Virus record (IMG/VR): IMGVR_UViG_3300044972_000310
Location: 2,138 to 66,137 of that record
Source: a virus
Taxonomy: Duplodnaviria > Caudoviricetes
Reading direction: 5' to 3' (one strand)
DNA length: 64,000 nt
Both the position numbers and the translations under genes were made by a program. Positions 28,828-38,352 of this stretch are shown here, in pieces; position 1 is the first letter of the stretch; each line of letters opens with the position of its first letter. The notes below the pieces were generated by a model that was given only the letters and a program-made list of their open reading frames with translations, was not told where the DNA came from and searched no databases.

Positions 28828-28902
28828 ATGGCAAAATTTAAAGCACATCACCCTCGTTCAGTAAAAGCTACTGCTCGAAGAGTTCTCAAGAAGAAGAAAT
28901 AA
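28828..28902 (+). CDS. 24-aa basic peptide (MAKFKAHHPRSVKATARRVLKKKK)
   Basis: AAGGA RBS; its TAA overlaps the iscU ATG (TAATG). Confidence 0.6.
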   Translation: MAKFKAHHPRSVKATARRVLKKKK

Positions 28903-29288
28903 TGGCCTACTCAGATAAAGTTGTCGACCACTATGAAAATCCCAGGAATGTCGGATCTTTTGACAAGAGTGATCCTAGTGTTGGTACTGGTATGGTTGGC
29001 GCACCTGCTTGCGGCGACGTAATGAAATTACAAATAAAGGTTGATCATGATACAGGTATTATTACAGATGCGAAATTTAAAACGTATGGCTGTGGATCGG
29101 CTATCGCGAGTTCGAGCCTCATTACGGAGTGGGTCAAAGGAATGCACATCGACCGAGCAGGAGAAATTAAAAACTCCGAAATCGCCGAAGAACTAGCTCT
29201 ACCGCCAGTTAAAATACATTGTAGCATATTGGCTGAAGATGCCATCAAAGCAGCCGTAAATGATTACCGTAACCGACACAGCGGCTAA
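28902..29288 (+). CDS. iscU: Fe-S cluster scaffold IscU
   Basis: YSDKVVDHYENPRNVG, GAPACGD, FKTYGCGSAIASS, LPPVKIHCS. Confidence 0.97.
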   Translation: MAYSDKVVDHYENPRNVGSFDKSDPSVGTGMVGAPACGDVMKLQIKVDHDTGIITDAKFKTYGCGSAIASSSLITEWVKGMHIDRAGEIKNSEIAEELALPPVKIHCSILAEDAIKAAVNDYRNRHSG

Positions 29289-29586
29289 GAAGATCAAACA
29301 GCAGTTGACTAAGCGTGGGAGAGGTGTGGGTATTCGAATAGGTGTTAAAACTACAGGATGCAGTGGCCTAGCTTATGTGTTAGAATTTGTGGACAGTTAC
29401 GAAGCCGAAGTAGGTGTGACTAATTATGCCCAGCCAGATTTTGCCTTGTTAGTTGATGCCAAATCAGAAGTTTATCTAAAAGGCCTAACTGTTGATTGGG
29501 TGCGCAATGGACTCAATGAAGGATTTGAATTTCGCAACCCAAATGAACGTGATAAATGCGGTTGCGGAGAAAGTTTTAGGGTATGA
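29260..29586 (+). CDS. iscA: A-type Fe-S carrier IscA
   Basis: GCSGLAY and NPN...CGCGESF. Confidence 0.93.
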   Translation: MITVTDTAAKKIKQQLTKRGRGVGIRIGVKTTGCSGLAYVLEFVDSYEAEVGVTNYAQPDFALLVDAKSEVYLKGLTVDWVRNGLNEGFEFRNPNERDKCGCGESFRV

Positions 29587-29912
29587 AAAAAGTGTGGGAT
29601 AGAAAAGCAACTCGAGATTGGATTGCTCAGTTAGAGCACAGAATCGAAGACATTCGATACTACATGGAACGTACTATTCAGTGGTGTGAAGCTAATGATG
29701 TGTACAGTGACAGAACAGTTTTCGCCTGTATCATTATGACATCAGTATGGGTTAGCCATCTGCGTAATGAACCCATAACCAAAAAAGAGTTATTTGAAAT
29801 GCTGGGCGTTAAAGGTTGGGAAGGCATTGATGATGCCATATACCAGTTTAACGAGGAATACGAATCGTTTGAACACGAAGAACTACTGGAAATGGTTGCA
29901 AGCTCATTTTAA
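29583..29912 (+). CDS. Hypothetical protein
   Basis: ATGA-coupled ORF. Confidence 0.65.
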   Translation: MKKVWDRKATRDWIAQLEHRIEDIRYYMERTIQWCEANDVYSDRTVFACIIMTSVWVSHLRNEPITKKELFEMLGVKGWEGIDDAIYQFNEEYESFEHEELLEMVASSF

Positions 29913-29941
29913 TTGACTGTTGATAACATAGATGTTATAAT
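29913..29941 (+). promoter_or_regulatory. sigma70 promoter with -10 enclosed by an inverted repeat
   Basis: TTGACT-17 nt-TATAAT; TAACATAGA/TCTATGTTA arms. Confidence 0.75.
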
Positions 29942-29970
29942 AAGTCTATGTTAACTACAAGAAAGTCAAT

Positions 29971-30360
29971 ATGAGTATGCATCTTGAAGGCCCTTGGTTG
30001 TCTACTACTGGCAAACGAAAAGGCAAACAAAAGTTTGCTTCATCAGAAGCCAAACGTCGAGCAGAGCAGTTGGACCAAGATTGGAAAGACATCCAAAAAA
30101 AGTGGGGTGTTGAGGCGGAAGAAAAGAAACGTAAGCGAGCAATGTCCGCTGAGCCGTTGCAGTACTCTTTAAACAGCCCCAATCAACGTACTACTGCACA
30201 TATTCCCAGTCGTGGCGATAGTACAGGAAATGCCATACTTAAACCTAATCCAGTTTATACTGGCACTAAAGTTAAAGGTATTGGTACCATGCATAAAAGC
30301 AATGCTGTGCCAATTTTTAGCGACGAAGAGGCTATTGCAATATCTACAATGCGTAGATAA
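29971..30360 (+). CDS. Basic hypothetical phage protein
   Basis: YTG...GIGTMHKSNAVP motif recalled from T4-like phage proteins. Confidence 0.7.
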   Translation: MSMHLEGPWLSTTGKRKGKQKFASSEAKRRAEQLDQDWKDIQKKWGVEAEEKKRKRAMSAEPLQYSLNSPNQRTTAHIPSRGDSTGNAILKPNPVYTGTKVKGIGTMHKSNAVPIFSDEEAIAISTMRR

Positions 30361-30389
30361 GTAATTAACTATCATAAAAAGGAGAAGAA

Positions 30390-30920
30390 ATGATTAAGCT
30401 CATTAAAATCTTACTTGTATTGATCGGTCTAGCACTTGTTGGATTTATTGGATACAAAGCGGTCATGTATAAACTTGACCCAACTAAGCAATTGGTTATG
30501 AAAAACACTTCAGTAACAGCTGAAGTTAGAAATAAGCAATTAGAATGCTTGGCTCGTAATATCTATTACGAAGCAGGTAATCAACCTTTTGAAGGTAAAG
30601 TTGCTGTAGCACAGGTTACTATTAATCGTGCAGAAAGCGGACAATTTCCCTCCGATATCTGCAAAGTAGTTTACCAAAAGAATGTAGTGTACGAACGTGT
30701 ACTTTGTCAGTTTAGTTGGTATTGTGAAACAGCCACTATGATGAGGCCAAAAAACACAGCCGTATTTAAAGAAAGCGAAATGGTTGCACGACAGGTTCTA
30801 TTGGAAGGGTTCCGTTTGCCTAGTTTGAAAAATGCATTATATTTTCACGCTACGCACATCAATCCAAAATGGAACAGAGAACAAGTAGCCGTTATCGCAG
30901 GTCACGTATTTTACAAATAA
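30390..30920 (+). CDS. Cell wall hydrolase SleB/Hydrolase_2 with N-terminal TM
   Basis: CLARNIYYEA, GKVAVAQV..NR, CQFSW, ALYFHA, IAGHVFY. Confidence 0.9.
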   Translation: MIKLIKILLVLIGLALVGFIGYKAVMYKLDPTKQLVMKNTSVTAEVRNKQLECLARNIYYEAGNQPFEGKVAVAQVTINRAESGQFPSDICKVVYQKNVVYERVLCQFSWYCETATMMRPKNTAVFKESEMVARQVLLEGFRLPSLKNALYFHATHINPKWNREQVAVIAGHVFYK

Positions 30921-30929
30921 AGGAAAGTT

Positions 30930-31250
30930 ATGCAAATTAGTTTAAGAGAATTGGTTAATCTTAAAAAGATGAGAGACAGCCTCACCGAGAACATTGGACA
31001 TCTTAGTGCAGAGACACTCGGATGGATTGGTGTTATTCTAGTACATTTGGCTACTATTCCAACACTAGTTGCAGTACTTACTGGCCTAACCGAAAAGTTA
31101 CCCCCAGTTGATATGGTTGCCCTAATGTGGTTAGGCCTGTTTACATTCTTTGTCAGAAGTGTTATTGCCAAAGATTTGTTAAACATTATCACAATTGGTT
31201 TTGGATTCTTTGTCCAAGCTATGTTGATGGCATTGATTATTTTTAAATAA
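30930..31250 (+). CDS. Three-TM membrane protein
   Basis: Three hydrophobic segments; follows the hydrolase (possible holin, unproven). Confidence 0.65.
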   Translation: MQISLRELVNLKKMRDSLTENIGHLSAETLGWIGVILVHLATIPTLVAVLTGLTEKLPPVDMVALMWLGLFTFFVRSVIAKDLLNIITIGFGFFVQAMLMALIIFK

Positions 31251-31260
31251 CCAAAAAACA

Positions 31261-31289
31261 TTGACACATCAACCCTCTGATAGTATAAT
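31261..31289 (+). promoter_or_regulatory. Consensus sigma70 promoter
   Basis: TTGACA-17 nt-TATAAT; -10 sits inside a long inverted repeat. Confidence 0.9.
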
Positions 31290-31335
31290 AGATACTACAG
31301 AGGGTTTTTATTTTAACACACACAGAAAGGTAGAT

Positions 31336-31464
31336 ATGAGAAACTTTGTAATCGGTACAATCTTTGGATTGGTTTTAGCTACTGTTGGATTCAGCGGCAT
31401 TGCTAAAATGTTGGATAGAGGCGTAGACACAGTTAAAACACACTCACAGGAAATGGCAAAATGA
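31336..31464 (+). CDS. Small membrane protein
   Basis: GAAAGG RBS, ATG 31336, one TM. Confidence 0.6.
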   Translation: MRNFVIGTIFGLVLATVGFSGIAKMLDRGVDTVKTHSQEMAK

Positions 31465-31934
31465 AAAAGTTTATTTTAATCCCCATTGTTGCGGCACTGG
31501 CTGCTTGTTCAGGCATGAAGACCGTTGAGAATCGCAAAGAATACGCACAACCTGATTGGTACCAAGAATGCCAGCAAGCAGGTGTTAAAGGTTACTTCTG
31601 GTGGAAGAAGGAGTTCGCCTACGCATGTGGCGGCGGTGAGTCGCTCCACGCTCAAGCAGCCGAAGAGCAGATGTATGCTATTGCAATGAACAACTTTGCA
31701 AAACGTATCAACTCAGAAGTCAACAGTGAAACAAAGATTGATTTCATCAACGATAAGAAGAGTACAAAAACTTCTATCTCCTATGTGGTTAAGAACACAA
31801 CTATTCGCGAACACATGAAAACAGAAACTGCACAGTTTACTATGCAGGGTCGTCACTATACCTTTGTGCGTCTTGAGATGCCTAAGGAAGTGTTCAACCA
31901 ATTGATTGCCGAAGCCAAAGCGCAAAAGCAATGA
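31461..31934 (+). CDS. Lipoprotein (LPP20-like)
   Basis: LAAC lipobox; PDWY motif. Confidence 0.7.
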   Translation: MKKFILIPIVAALAACSGMKTVENRKEYAQPDWYQECQQAGVKGYFWWKKEFAYACGGGESLHAQAAEEQMYAIAMNNFAKRINSEVNSETKIDFINDKKSTKTSISYVVKNTTIREHMKTETAQFTMQGRHYTFVRLEMPKEVFNQLIAEAKAQKQ

Positions 31935-32263
31935 AACTACTACTAGTACTGGCATTAGCAGTTCCGGTTGTTTTAACAGGTTGCTCTAGTGCGCCTGTTA
32001 AAACAACCCAGCGGCAATACTGCTACACTAGCCAAGAGATTAAAACTAAAGATAAAGAAACTGTCTCTAGTGAAACCACAGTTAAATGTAATGACGATCC
32101 TATTGAACAAATGGTTGTTAAAAAGATTGGCATTGCACGAGACTGCGGCGAATACAAATATGTTATGACCCTTAATGGTCGACCTGTTGAAAGGATTGGA
32201 TATGCATGTCAAAAATATAATGGCACTTGGGAAGTTGTTCCTCATCCTAGCATGTTCCAATAG
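31931..32263 (+). CDS. Lipoprotein
   Basis: LTGC lipobox; Cys-rich C-terminus ending ACQ...GTWEV. Confidence 0.7.
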   Translation: MKLLLVLALAVPVVLTGCSSAPVKTTQRQYCYTSQEIKTKDKETVSSETTVKCNDDPIEQMVVKKIGIARDCGEYKYVMTLNGRPVERIGYACQKYNGTWEVVPHPSMFQ

Positions 32264-32627
32264 TTACGCTCAATCATGGTCTGGTCCGATGAATCGTGAT
32301 CGTATTAAAAACGATGGATTATTGGCCTTTACCTACAACATGTCGATTTATTACGGATCAAGATTACCTAAAGCAGATAATGCTTTGCATTCTCAGGCAG
32401 TTTATCACGCACTGAATAATCTTGACAACGGAGAACTTATTGAATGGTACAATGACCGAACTAACAGTCACGGAAAGGCACGTATAGTTTATACTATACC
32501 AGGAAGTGGGACTATTTGTCGACGTATTCATAGTTTGGTGCAGACAGCTGACCGTTCAAACAACTATGAAGACACTGCCTGTTATAATAACAACACTAAT
32601 ACCTGGACTTTTGTCGATAAATATTAG
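32202..32627 (+). CDS. 17-kDa surface-antigen-like periplasmic protein
   Basis: AL....G..IEWYN..., CRRI..., TAC....W pattern. Confidence 0.6.
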   Translation: MHVKNIMALGKLFLILACSNSYAQSWSGPMNRDRIKNDGLLAFTYNMSIYYGSRLPKADNALHSQAVYHALNNLDNGELIEWYNDRTNSHGKARIVYTIPGSGTICRRIHSLVQTADRSNNYEDTACYNNNTNTWTFVDKY

Positions 32628-32630
32628 TCT

Positions 32631-34013
32631 ATGAAGATTACATTAGCAGATAAATTTATCGCATACCTTGCGCTATTCAGTGGATTGACTATATCTGCTG
32701 TGGCCATTTGGTACTCAGTAGCAGGACTGGTTAGCATTTTTGCGGCCGCAGTAATACCTATTATTGTTATGGGTGTGGTATTAGAGGTTAGCAAACTTAT
32801 TGCCACAGTATGGCTCAAGCTGAATTGGTCTCGTGCTCCTGTGTTTATCCGATCATATCTGATAGCGGCCATTGCTATCCTAATGATTATAACATCAATG
32901 GGTATCTTTGGATTCCTAAGTAAAGCACACAGCGATGCTGGTCTAGTGTCAGGCGATGTGCAAGCCAAAATTGCAGTCTACGATGAAAAAATTAAAACAG
33001 CCAAAGAAAATATTGAAGCCAACCGCAAACAACTTAAACAGATGGATGAGGCGGTTGACCAAGTCATGGGTCGCAGTTCAGATGAGAAAGGTGCCGACAA
33101 AGCGGTTTCAATACGCAAAGCTCAGTCTCGTGATCGCAGTGCGTTGGCCAAAGACATTGAAGCCAACCAGAAGCTTATTGCTACTCTTAATGACCAAGCC
33201 GCACCTATTCGAGCAGAAGTACGAAAAGTAGAAGCGGAGGTAGGCCCAATCAAATACATTGCGGCATTTGTCTATGGAGATAATCCAGATGCTAACGTAC
33301 TAGAAAAAGCTGTCACTTGGGTAATCATTATTATCGTATCAGTCTTTGATCCGTTAGCAGTTATCCTATTGCTTGCCAGTCAATATAGTTTCCAATGGTT
33401 CCGTAAGTCCCGTGAAGATGAAGAACTATTACATAGCACAGTCCCATTGCATGTTGCAGATGAAACTCCTAAAGAGCCTATGAAGTTTGTTGATCCGGGA
33501 GAGCATCCTGATGATCACTTAGAAACGGAACTGGCCGAACCTGAGCCGGTTGTAGAGAAAACTCTAGCAGAACAACATCCTTACTTAAATCAGCCGTTCA
33601 GTCATTTTAAAAATTTAACACCCGTAGTTCATAAACCTGAACCTGTTGTTGAAGAAAAAACTGATCCACTAGACCAATGGAACAAAATGATTGAAGCGGC
33701 TGAAGAAGAAGTAGCTAAAGAAAAAACTCCTGACGAAATTCTCAACGAAGGTTTAAACGAACCAACATACCAATTACTTCCAGAATTACAAGAAACATTG
33801 AACAAGACAGAGTGGCCAGATAATCCTGCAAAAGGCGACCGATGCGTAATGTTCGTTGACGGTGCTAATCGAAGTTTTATCTTTAATGGTAACGTTTGGA
33901 TAGATGCTGATCATTCAGATCCAGGAGCTGTTAATGCCTTGGACGAATCAAAAAAAAAGAGCACATACATAATCAAAGATCAGAATCAACAGATCAAGAA
34001 GACCAAAGAGTAA
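32631..34013 (+). CDS. Membrane coiled-coil protein (DUF4407-like) with acidic tail
   Basis: Three N-terminal TMs, ITSMGIFGFLSKAH, coiled coil, VGPIKYIA, FDPLAV. Confidence 0.75.
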   Translation: MKITLADKFIAYLALFSGLTISAVAIWYSVAGLVSIFAAAVIPIIVMGVVLEVSKLIATVWLKLNWSRAPVFIRSYLIAAIAILMIITSMGIFGFLSKAHSDAGLVSGDVQAKIAVYDEKIKTAKENIEANRKQLKQMDEAVDQVMGRSSDEKGADKAVSIRKAQSRDRSALAKDIEANQKLIATLNDQAAPIRAEVRKVEAEVGPIKYIAAFVYGDNPDANVLEKAVTWVIIIIVSVFDPLAVILLLASQYSFQWFRKSREDEELLHSTVPLHVADETPKEPMKFVDPGEHPDDHLETELAEPEPVVEKTLAEQHPYLNQPFSHFKNLTPVVHKPEPVVEEKTDPLDQWNKMIEAAEEEVAKEKTPDEILNEGLNEPTYQLLPELQETLNKTEWPDNPAKGDRCVMFVDGANRSFIFNGNVWIDADHSDPGAVNALDESKKKSTYIIKDQNQQIKKTKE

Positions 34014-34104
34014 GTTATGTGCAGAACTCAGAACAAAATCCAAATTCATTATGGACAAGAATTAAACACCGAGACAGCTAATTATAATATACATAAGCGA
34101 TAAT

Positions 34105-34530
34105 ATGAATATTGGAAAAATTAATTTAATTACACCTCCGGATAAGTTGTTTAATCTTAATCCCGGATACTTACTAATCAAACCAAGTACTAAGGTAAAG
34201 ATGCAGTTCCAACAACTGCTTAGTCAAAGTATAGATGACTTGAATGTGTATATGTACGATACTGACGAAGTTGACATCGAATGGATGCTAAGTGTTAGTC
34301 AGCAAGCAGATTTTATCATTATTGATATTGACAACTGCGATTCTGTTACTAAACAGTTTGTTAGCTTTTTACTAGCACAACCAAATACTCACTATTTGAC
34401 TAGTGACGAAATCACTCCTTGGCACCTAATTAGCCGCAATAGGATATATAACTTAGACTGGATTTTAGATGCTCTAAAAGACCAGGACGAAGAAAATGAT
34501 GAACCAGAAGAGGAAAATGATGAGGAATAA
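34105..34530 (+). CDS. Hypothetical protein
   Basis: LITPPD N-terminus, acidic tail. Confidence 0.7.
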   Translation: MNIGKINLITPPDKLFNLNPGYLLIKPSTKVKMQFQQLLSQSIDDLNVYMYDTDEVDIEWMLSVSQQADFIIIDIDNCDSVTKQFVSFLLAQPNTHYLTSDEITPWHLISRNRIYNLDWILDALKDQDEENDEPEEENDEE

Positions 34531-34753
34531 TCATATTAAGGGAACAGTAATTGTTCTAAAAGAAGGTGAGGATGTTAACCGTGCTCTACGCCGATTTAAA
34601 AATAAAATTGAAGATTTAGGTATTCTCAAAGTACTTCAATCAAAAGAGTTTTATGAAAAGCCAACTACTGAGCGTAAGCGTAAGAAATCGGCTGCTAAGG
34701 CTCGTTGGCGAAAACAGTTGGAAAAAGATGCATTACCTAAAAAAATGTATTGA
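34520..34753 (+). CDS. rpsU: Ribosomal protein bS21
   Basis: ALRRFKNKI....IL......EFYEKPT..RKRKKSAA..R. Confidence 0.88.
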   Translation: MRNNHIKGTVIVLKEGEDVNRALRRFKNKIEDLGILKVLQSKEFYEKPTTERKRKKSAAKARWRKQLEKDALPKKMY

Positions 34754-34778
34754 CCTTTTAGATTAGATCTGCTATAAT
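34750..34778 (+). promoter_or_regulatory. sigma70 promoter with extended -10
   Basis: TTGACC-17 nt-TATAAT preceded by TGC. Confidence 0.75.
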
Positions 34779-34806
34779 GTAAGTTACTTATTTAGAAAGA
34801 ACTTAC

Positions 34807-35391
34807 ATGGCAAATACAGATTTAATGATTGACTTAGAGACATTGGCGACATCTCCGGATGCCGCCATTCTTACGATAGGCGCAGTAAAGTTTGATCCGT
34901 TTGGGGATGATGTTAAAGACCCTAAATGTGAGAAGTTTTATGTTCGAGTAGATCTTGACTCGTGCGATGCACTAGGATTAGTTACTAGTGATGCTACTGT
35001 AGAATGGTGGGCTAATCAAAGTAAAGAAGCACAGGACGAAGCGTTCAGTGAAGTTGATCGTATCCCGATTACTGAAGCATTTAATCGTCTGTACAAATTT
35101 GCCTGGGGTGCCAAACGTGTGTGGTCACATGGTGCAAGTTTTGACATTGTAATCTGTGAGCATGTGTTTAAAAAGATTGGTAAGGCAGTGCCCTGGCAGT
35201 TCTGGGAAGCACGTTGCACACGTACACTATTTGATATTGGCATTAACCCGCATCGTCCTCCTGTACTCAAACATCACGCATTAGAAGATGCATGGAATCA
35301 AGCAGTAGGCGTACAAAATGTGTTTAACACATTAAAAACAAGTACTACCAGTGCCGGACAATACATACAACCATTTGCAAGAGAAAGATAA
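34807..35391 (+). CDS. DEDDh 3'-5' exonuclease (DUF5051-like)
   Basis: MIDLETL, IGAV.F, WSHGASFD, HHALEDA. Confidence 0.85.
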   Translation: MANTDLMIDLETLATSPDAAILTIGAVKFDPFGDDVKDPKCEKFYVRVDLDSCDALGLVTSDATVEWWANQSKEAQDEAFSEVDRIPITEAFNRLYKFAWGAKRVWSHGASFDIVICEHVFKKIGKAVPWQFWEARCTRTLFDIGINPHRPPVLKHHALEDAWNQAVGVQNVFNTLKTSTTSAGQYIQPFARER

Positions 35392-35392
35392 T

Positions 35393-35536
35393 ATGAATGA
35401 TTTTGAAATTGCACTACTAATGGTGCTAATGTTTATTCAAGGTATTACAGTTGGATACATTCTATGGGCACCACTAACATCTTTCAAACAAGGACTTATT
35501 GATGGTCTATCGTTAAAATTCCTTTGGAGAAAATAA
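35393..35536 (+). CDS. Small membrane protein
   Basis: One TM; coupled to both neighbours. Confidence 0.55.
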   Translation: MNDFEIALLMVLMFIQGITVGYILWAPLTSFKQGLIDGLSLKFLWRK

Positions 35537-35820
35537 TGGACGAACAAACATATGAAGTTATGGCTATCCTACAAGAGGAAGCCGCAGAAGTTATACAGGC
35601 TGTTAGCAAATGCTACAGATTCGGCCTGGACCACTACAAGCCAGGAAAACCTCAAACTAACCGTCAACATTTAGAAGAAGAGATCGGCGATATGCTAGCT
35701 ATGATCGACATTCTACAAAAAATGGACGAAGTTAGTTATAATAACATTGAGGCTGCTAGAGTAGCTAAAATTGAAAAACTAAAGCAGTGGTCCACAATTG
35801 AAATAGTTCAGGAAATGTGA
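35536..35820 (+). CDS. MazG-like NTP pyrophosphohydrolase
   Basis: QEEAAEVIQAVSK, LEEEIGD. Confidence 0.8.
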   Translation: MDEQTYEVMAILQEEAAEVIQAVSKCYRFGLDHYKPGKPQTNRQHLEEEIGDMLAMIDILQKMDEVSYNNIEAARVAKIEKLKQWSTIEIVQEM

Positions 35821-35879
35821 GATAAATAAATTTGTACTAAAACGCCGTAAGGGTTTAGTATAGGACATGGTGTCCACAA

Positions 35880-37853
35880 AATCTTGCTTAAATTAAGGAG
35901 AAAATTATGAGCAAAGTCATCGGTATCGATTTAGGTACAACAAATTCATGTGTAGCTATTATTGAAAATGGCGTCGCAAAAGTTATTGAGAATTCAGAAG
36001 GCGCACGTACTACACCTAGTATTGTTGCATACGCTAATGATGAAATTCTAGTAGGCGCAAGTGCAAAGCGTCAAGCAGTAACAAACCCCAAGAACACAAT
36101 CTATGCTAGCAAGCGACTAATTGGACGTAAGTTTGATGAAGCGGCTGTGCAAAAAGACATTGATCTAATGCCTTACACCATCATCAAGGCAGATAACGGT
36201 GATGCTTGGGTACAGGTAAATGAGGACAAACTAGCACCTCCACAAATTTCAGCTGAAGTACTTCGCAAGATGAAAAAGACTGCTGAGGACTATTTAGGTG
36301 CAGAGGTTACACAGGCAGTTATTACAGTACCAGCTTACTTTAATGACAGCCAACGTCAAGCCACTAAGGATGCAGGTAAGATTGCAGGTCTTGAAGTGCT
36401 ACGTATTATTAACGAGCCTACTGCGGCTGCACTGGCCTACGGTGTTGATAAGGCTGACAAGAAAGACAGCAAAGTTGCAGTATACGACTTGGGTGGTGGA
36501 ACTTTTGATATCTCTATTATTGAGATTGCTAATGTCGATGGCGACAAACAGATTGAAGTGTTAAGTACGAACGGTGATACATTCTTAGGTGGTGAAGACT
36601 TTGACCAACGCATCATGGACTTCTTGGTTGATGAGTTTAAGAAAGAAAATGCAATTGATCTTAAGAAAGACATGCTGGCTCTACAACGCCTAAAAGAGGC
36701 TGCTGAAAAAGCCAAGATTGAATTGTCCAGCAGTGCCAGTACCAGCGTTAACTTGCCCTATATTACAGCAGACGCTAATGGCCCTAAGCATATGAACGTT
36801 ACTATTAGCCGTAGTAAGCTAGAAAGCCTTGTTGAAGAATTGATTCAACGTAGTATTGAGCCATGCCGTATTGCTATTAAAGATGCAGGTGTGGATGTTA
36901 GCGAAATTGACGAGGTTATCCTTGTTGGTGGTATGACACGCATGCCTAAGGTACAAGAAGCAGTTGAGAAGCTGTTCGGTAAGGCTCCACGTAAGGATGT
37001 TAACCCAGACGAAGCAGTTGCAGCGGGTGCGGCTGTACAAGGTGCTGTGCTAGCAGGTGACCGTAATGACGTATTGTTACTTGACGTTACTCCATTGAGC
37101 TTGGGTATCGAGACCATGGGCGGCATTATGGCCAAGTTGATCAACAAGAATACAACTATCCCAACTAAGGCTAGTCAAACATTCTCAACAGCAGAAGACA
37201 ACCAACCAGCAGTTACTATCAAAGCGTTCCAGGGTGAGCGTGACCTAGTACAACATAACAAGCTATTAGGCGAGTTTAACTTAGAAGGTATCCAGCCACA
37301 ACGTCGTGGTCAGCCACAGATCGAAGTTACATTGGATATCGATGCCAACGGTATCATGCACGTAAGTGCTAAAGATAAAACCACTGGTAAAGAAAACAAG
37401 ATTACTATCAAGTCAGACTCGGGTCTAACTAAAGAAGAAATCGAACGTATGGTACAAGAAGCAGAAGTTAACGCAGAGAGTGATAAGAAGACTCGTGAGT
37501 TGATCGAAGCACGTAACCAAGCAGAAGCACAGATCCATAGCATTAAGAAAGATATGGAAGAAGTAGATGCAGAGTTATCGGCCGAAGTTAAAGACAAAGT
37601 TAACGAAGCTATCACTTCAGTAGATGCAGCAATTATCACAGAAGATAAAGATGCCATTACACAAAAACTTAGCGACTTGTTTACTGCGGCTCAACCAGTG
37701 ATGGAAGCTAAACAAAAGAAAGAAGAAGCTAAGAAGAATGAAACTCCGGTAGACGCAGAGTTTACTGAAGTTAACTAACACAGACACACATAATAAATAC
37801 GTGTAGGGCGCTCGGGTGAGGCCCTACTATAATCTTGCTTAAATTAAGGAGAA
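35880..37853 (+). repeat. 23-nt identical leader upstream of dnaK (35880-35902) and hsp20 (37831-37853)
   Basis: AATCTTGCTTAAATTAAGGAGAA occurs twice. Confidence 0.9.
35907..37778 (+). CDS. dnaK: Hsp70 chaperone DnaK
   Basis: [40 protein letters not shown] end. Confidence 0.98.
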   Translation: MSKVIGIDLGTTNSCVAIIENGVAKVIENSEGARTTPSIVAYANDEILVGASAKRQAVTNPKNTIYASKRLIGRKFDEAAVQKDIDLMPYTIIKADNGDAWVQVNEDKLAPPQISAEVLRKMKKTAEDYLGAEVTQAVITVPAYFNDSQRQATKDAGKIAGLEVLRIINEPTAAALAYGVDKADKKDSKVAVYDLGGGTFDISIIEIANVDGDKQIEVLSTNGDTFLGGEDFDQRIMDFLVDEFKKENAIDLKKDMLALQRLKEAAEKAKIELSSSASTSVNLPYITADANGPKHMNVTISRSKLESLVEELIQRSIEPCRIAIKDAGVDVSEIDEVILVGGMTRMPKVQEAVEKLFGKAPRKDVNPDEAVAAGAAVQGAVLAGDRNDVLLLDVTPLSLGIETMGGIMAKLINKNTTIPTKASQTFSTAEDNQPAVTIKAFQGERDLVQHNKLLGEFNLEGIQPQRRGQPQIEVTLDIDANGIMHVSAKDKTTGKENKITIKSDSGLTKEEIERMVQEAEVNAESDKKTRELIEARNQAEAQIHSIKKDMEEVDAELSAEVKDKVNEAITSVDAAIITEDKDAITQKLSDLFTAAQPVMEAKQKKEEAKKNETPVDAEFTEVN

Positions 37854-37857
37854 CATT

Positions 37858-38304
37858 ATGAACGCAACATTAAGAACTATTGATACTGCCGCTTTAGCTC
37901 AACTGAGTAGAGCACTTGTAGGATTTGATCGAATGTTTGACACCTACGAAACTCGATTCGCTAGTCAAACATCTAACTATCCTCCACACAACATTGTTAA
38001 GTATGACGAATATCACTACGCTATTGAAATGGCAGTAGCTGGATTCAAGAAGAGCGAAATCGCTGTAGAAGTTGAGAATGATCAACTGACTATCCGTGGT
38101 GAGAGCTTGACTGCTAACGATCCGACAAGGCAGTACATACACAGAGGCCTAAGTAGTCGAGACTTTGAAAGAAGGATAGGGCTTACTGAACATATGATTG
38201 TTAAAGGTGCTGAAATCCAAGACGGCATTTTGACCATCAACATCGAACTTGAGCTTCCTGAAGAAAAGAAGCCAAGAGTTGTTGACATTGTAGAAATTAA
38301 GTAA
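37858..38304 (+). CDS. Small heat-shock protein Hsp20/IbpA
   Basis: NYPPHNI, MAVAGF, YIHRGL..R.F.R, DGIL.I. Confidence 0.95.
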   Translation: MNATLRTIDTAALAQLSRALVGFDRMFDTYETRFASQTSNYPPHNIVKYDEYHYAIEMAVAGFKKSEIAVEVENDQLTIRGESLTANDPTRQYIHRGLSSRDFERRIGLTEHMIVKGAEIQDGILTINIELELPEEKKPRVVDIVEIK

Positions 38305-38310
38305 TATAAT

Positions 38311-38333
38311 AAGGGGAAGGCAACTTCCCCTTT
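38311..38333 (+). terminator. Intrinsic terminator
   Basis: AAGGGGAAG-GCAA-CTTCCCCTT followed by T. Confidence 0.75.
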
Positions 38334-38352
38334 AAACTATACGGAGAATGAC

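Noticed and set aside
30096-30102. A third in-frame A_AAA_AAG heptamer
   Set aside because: The -1 frame stops after three codons (GTG GGG TGT TGA), the A-run is shorter, and no stimulator is evident
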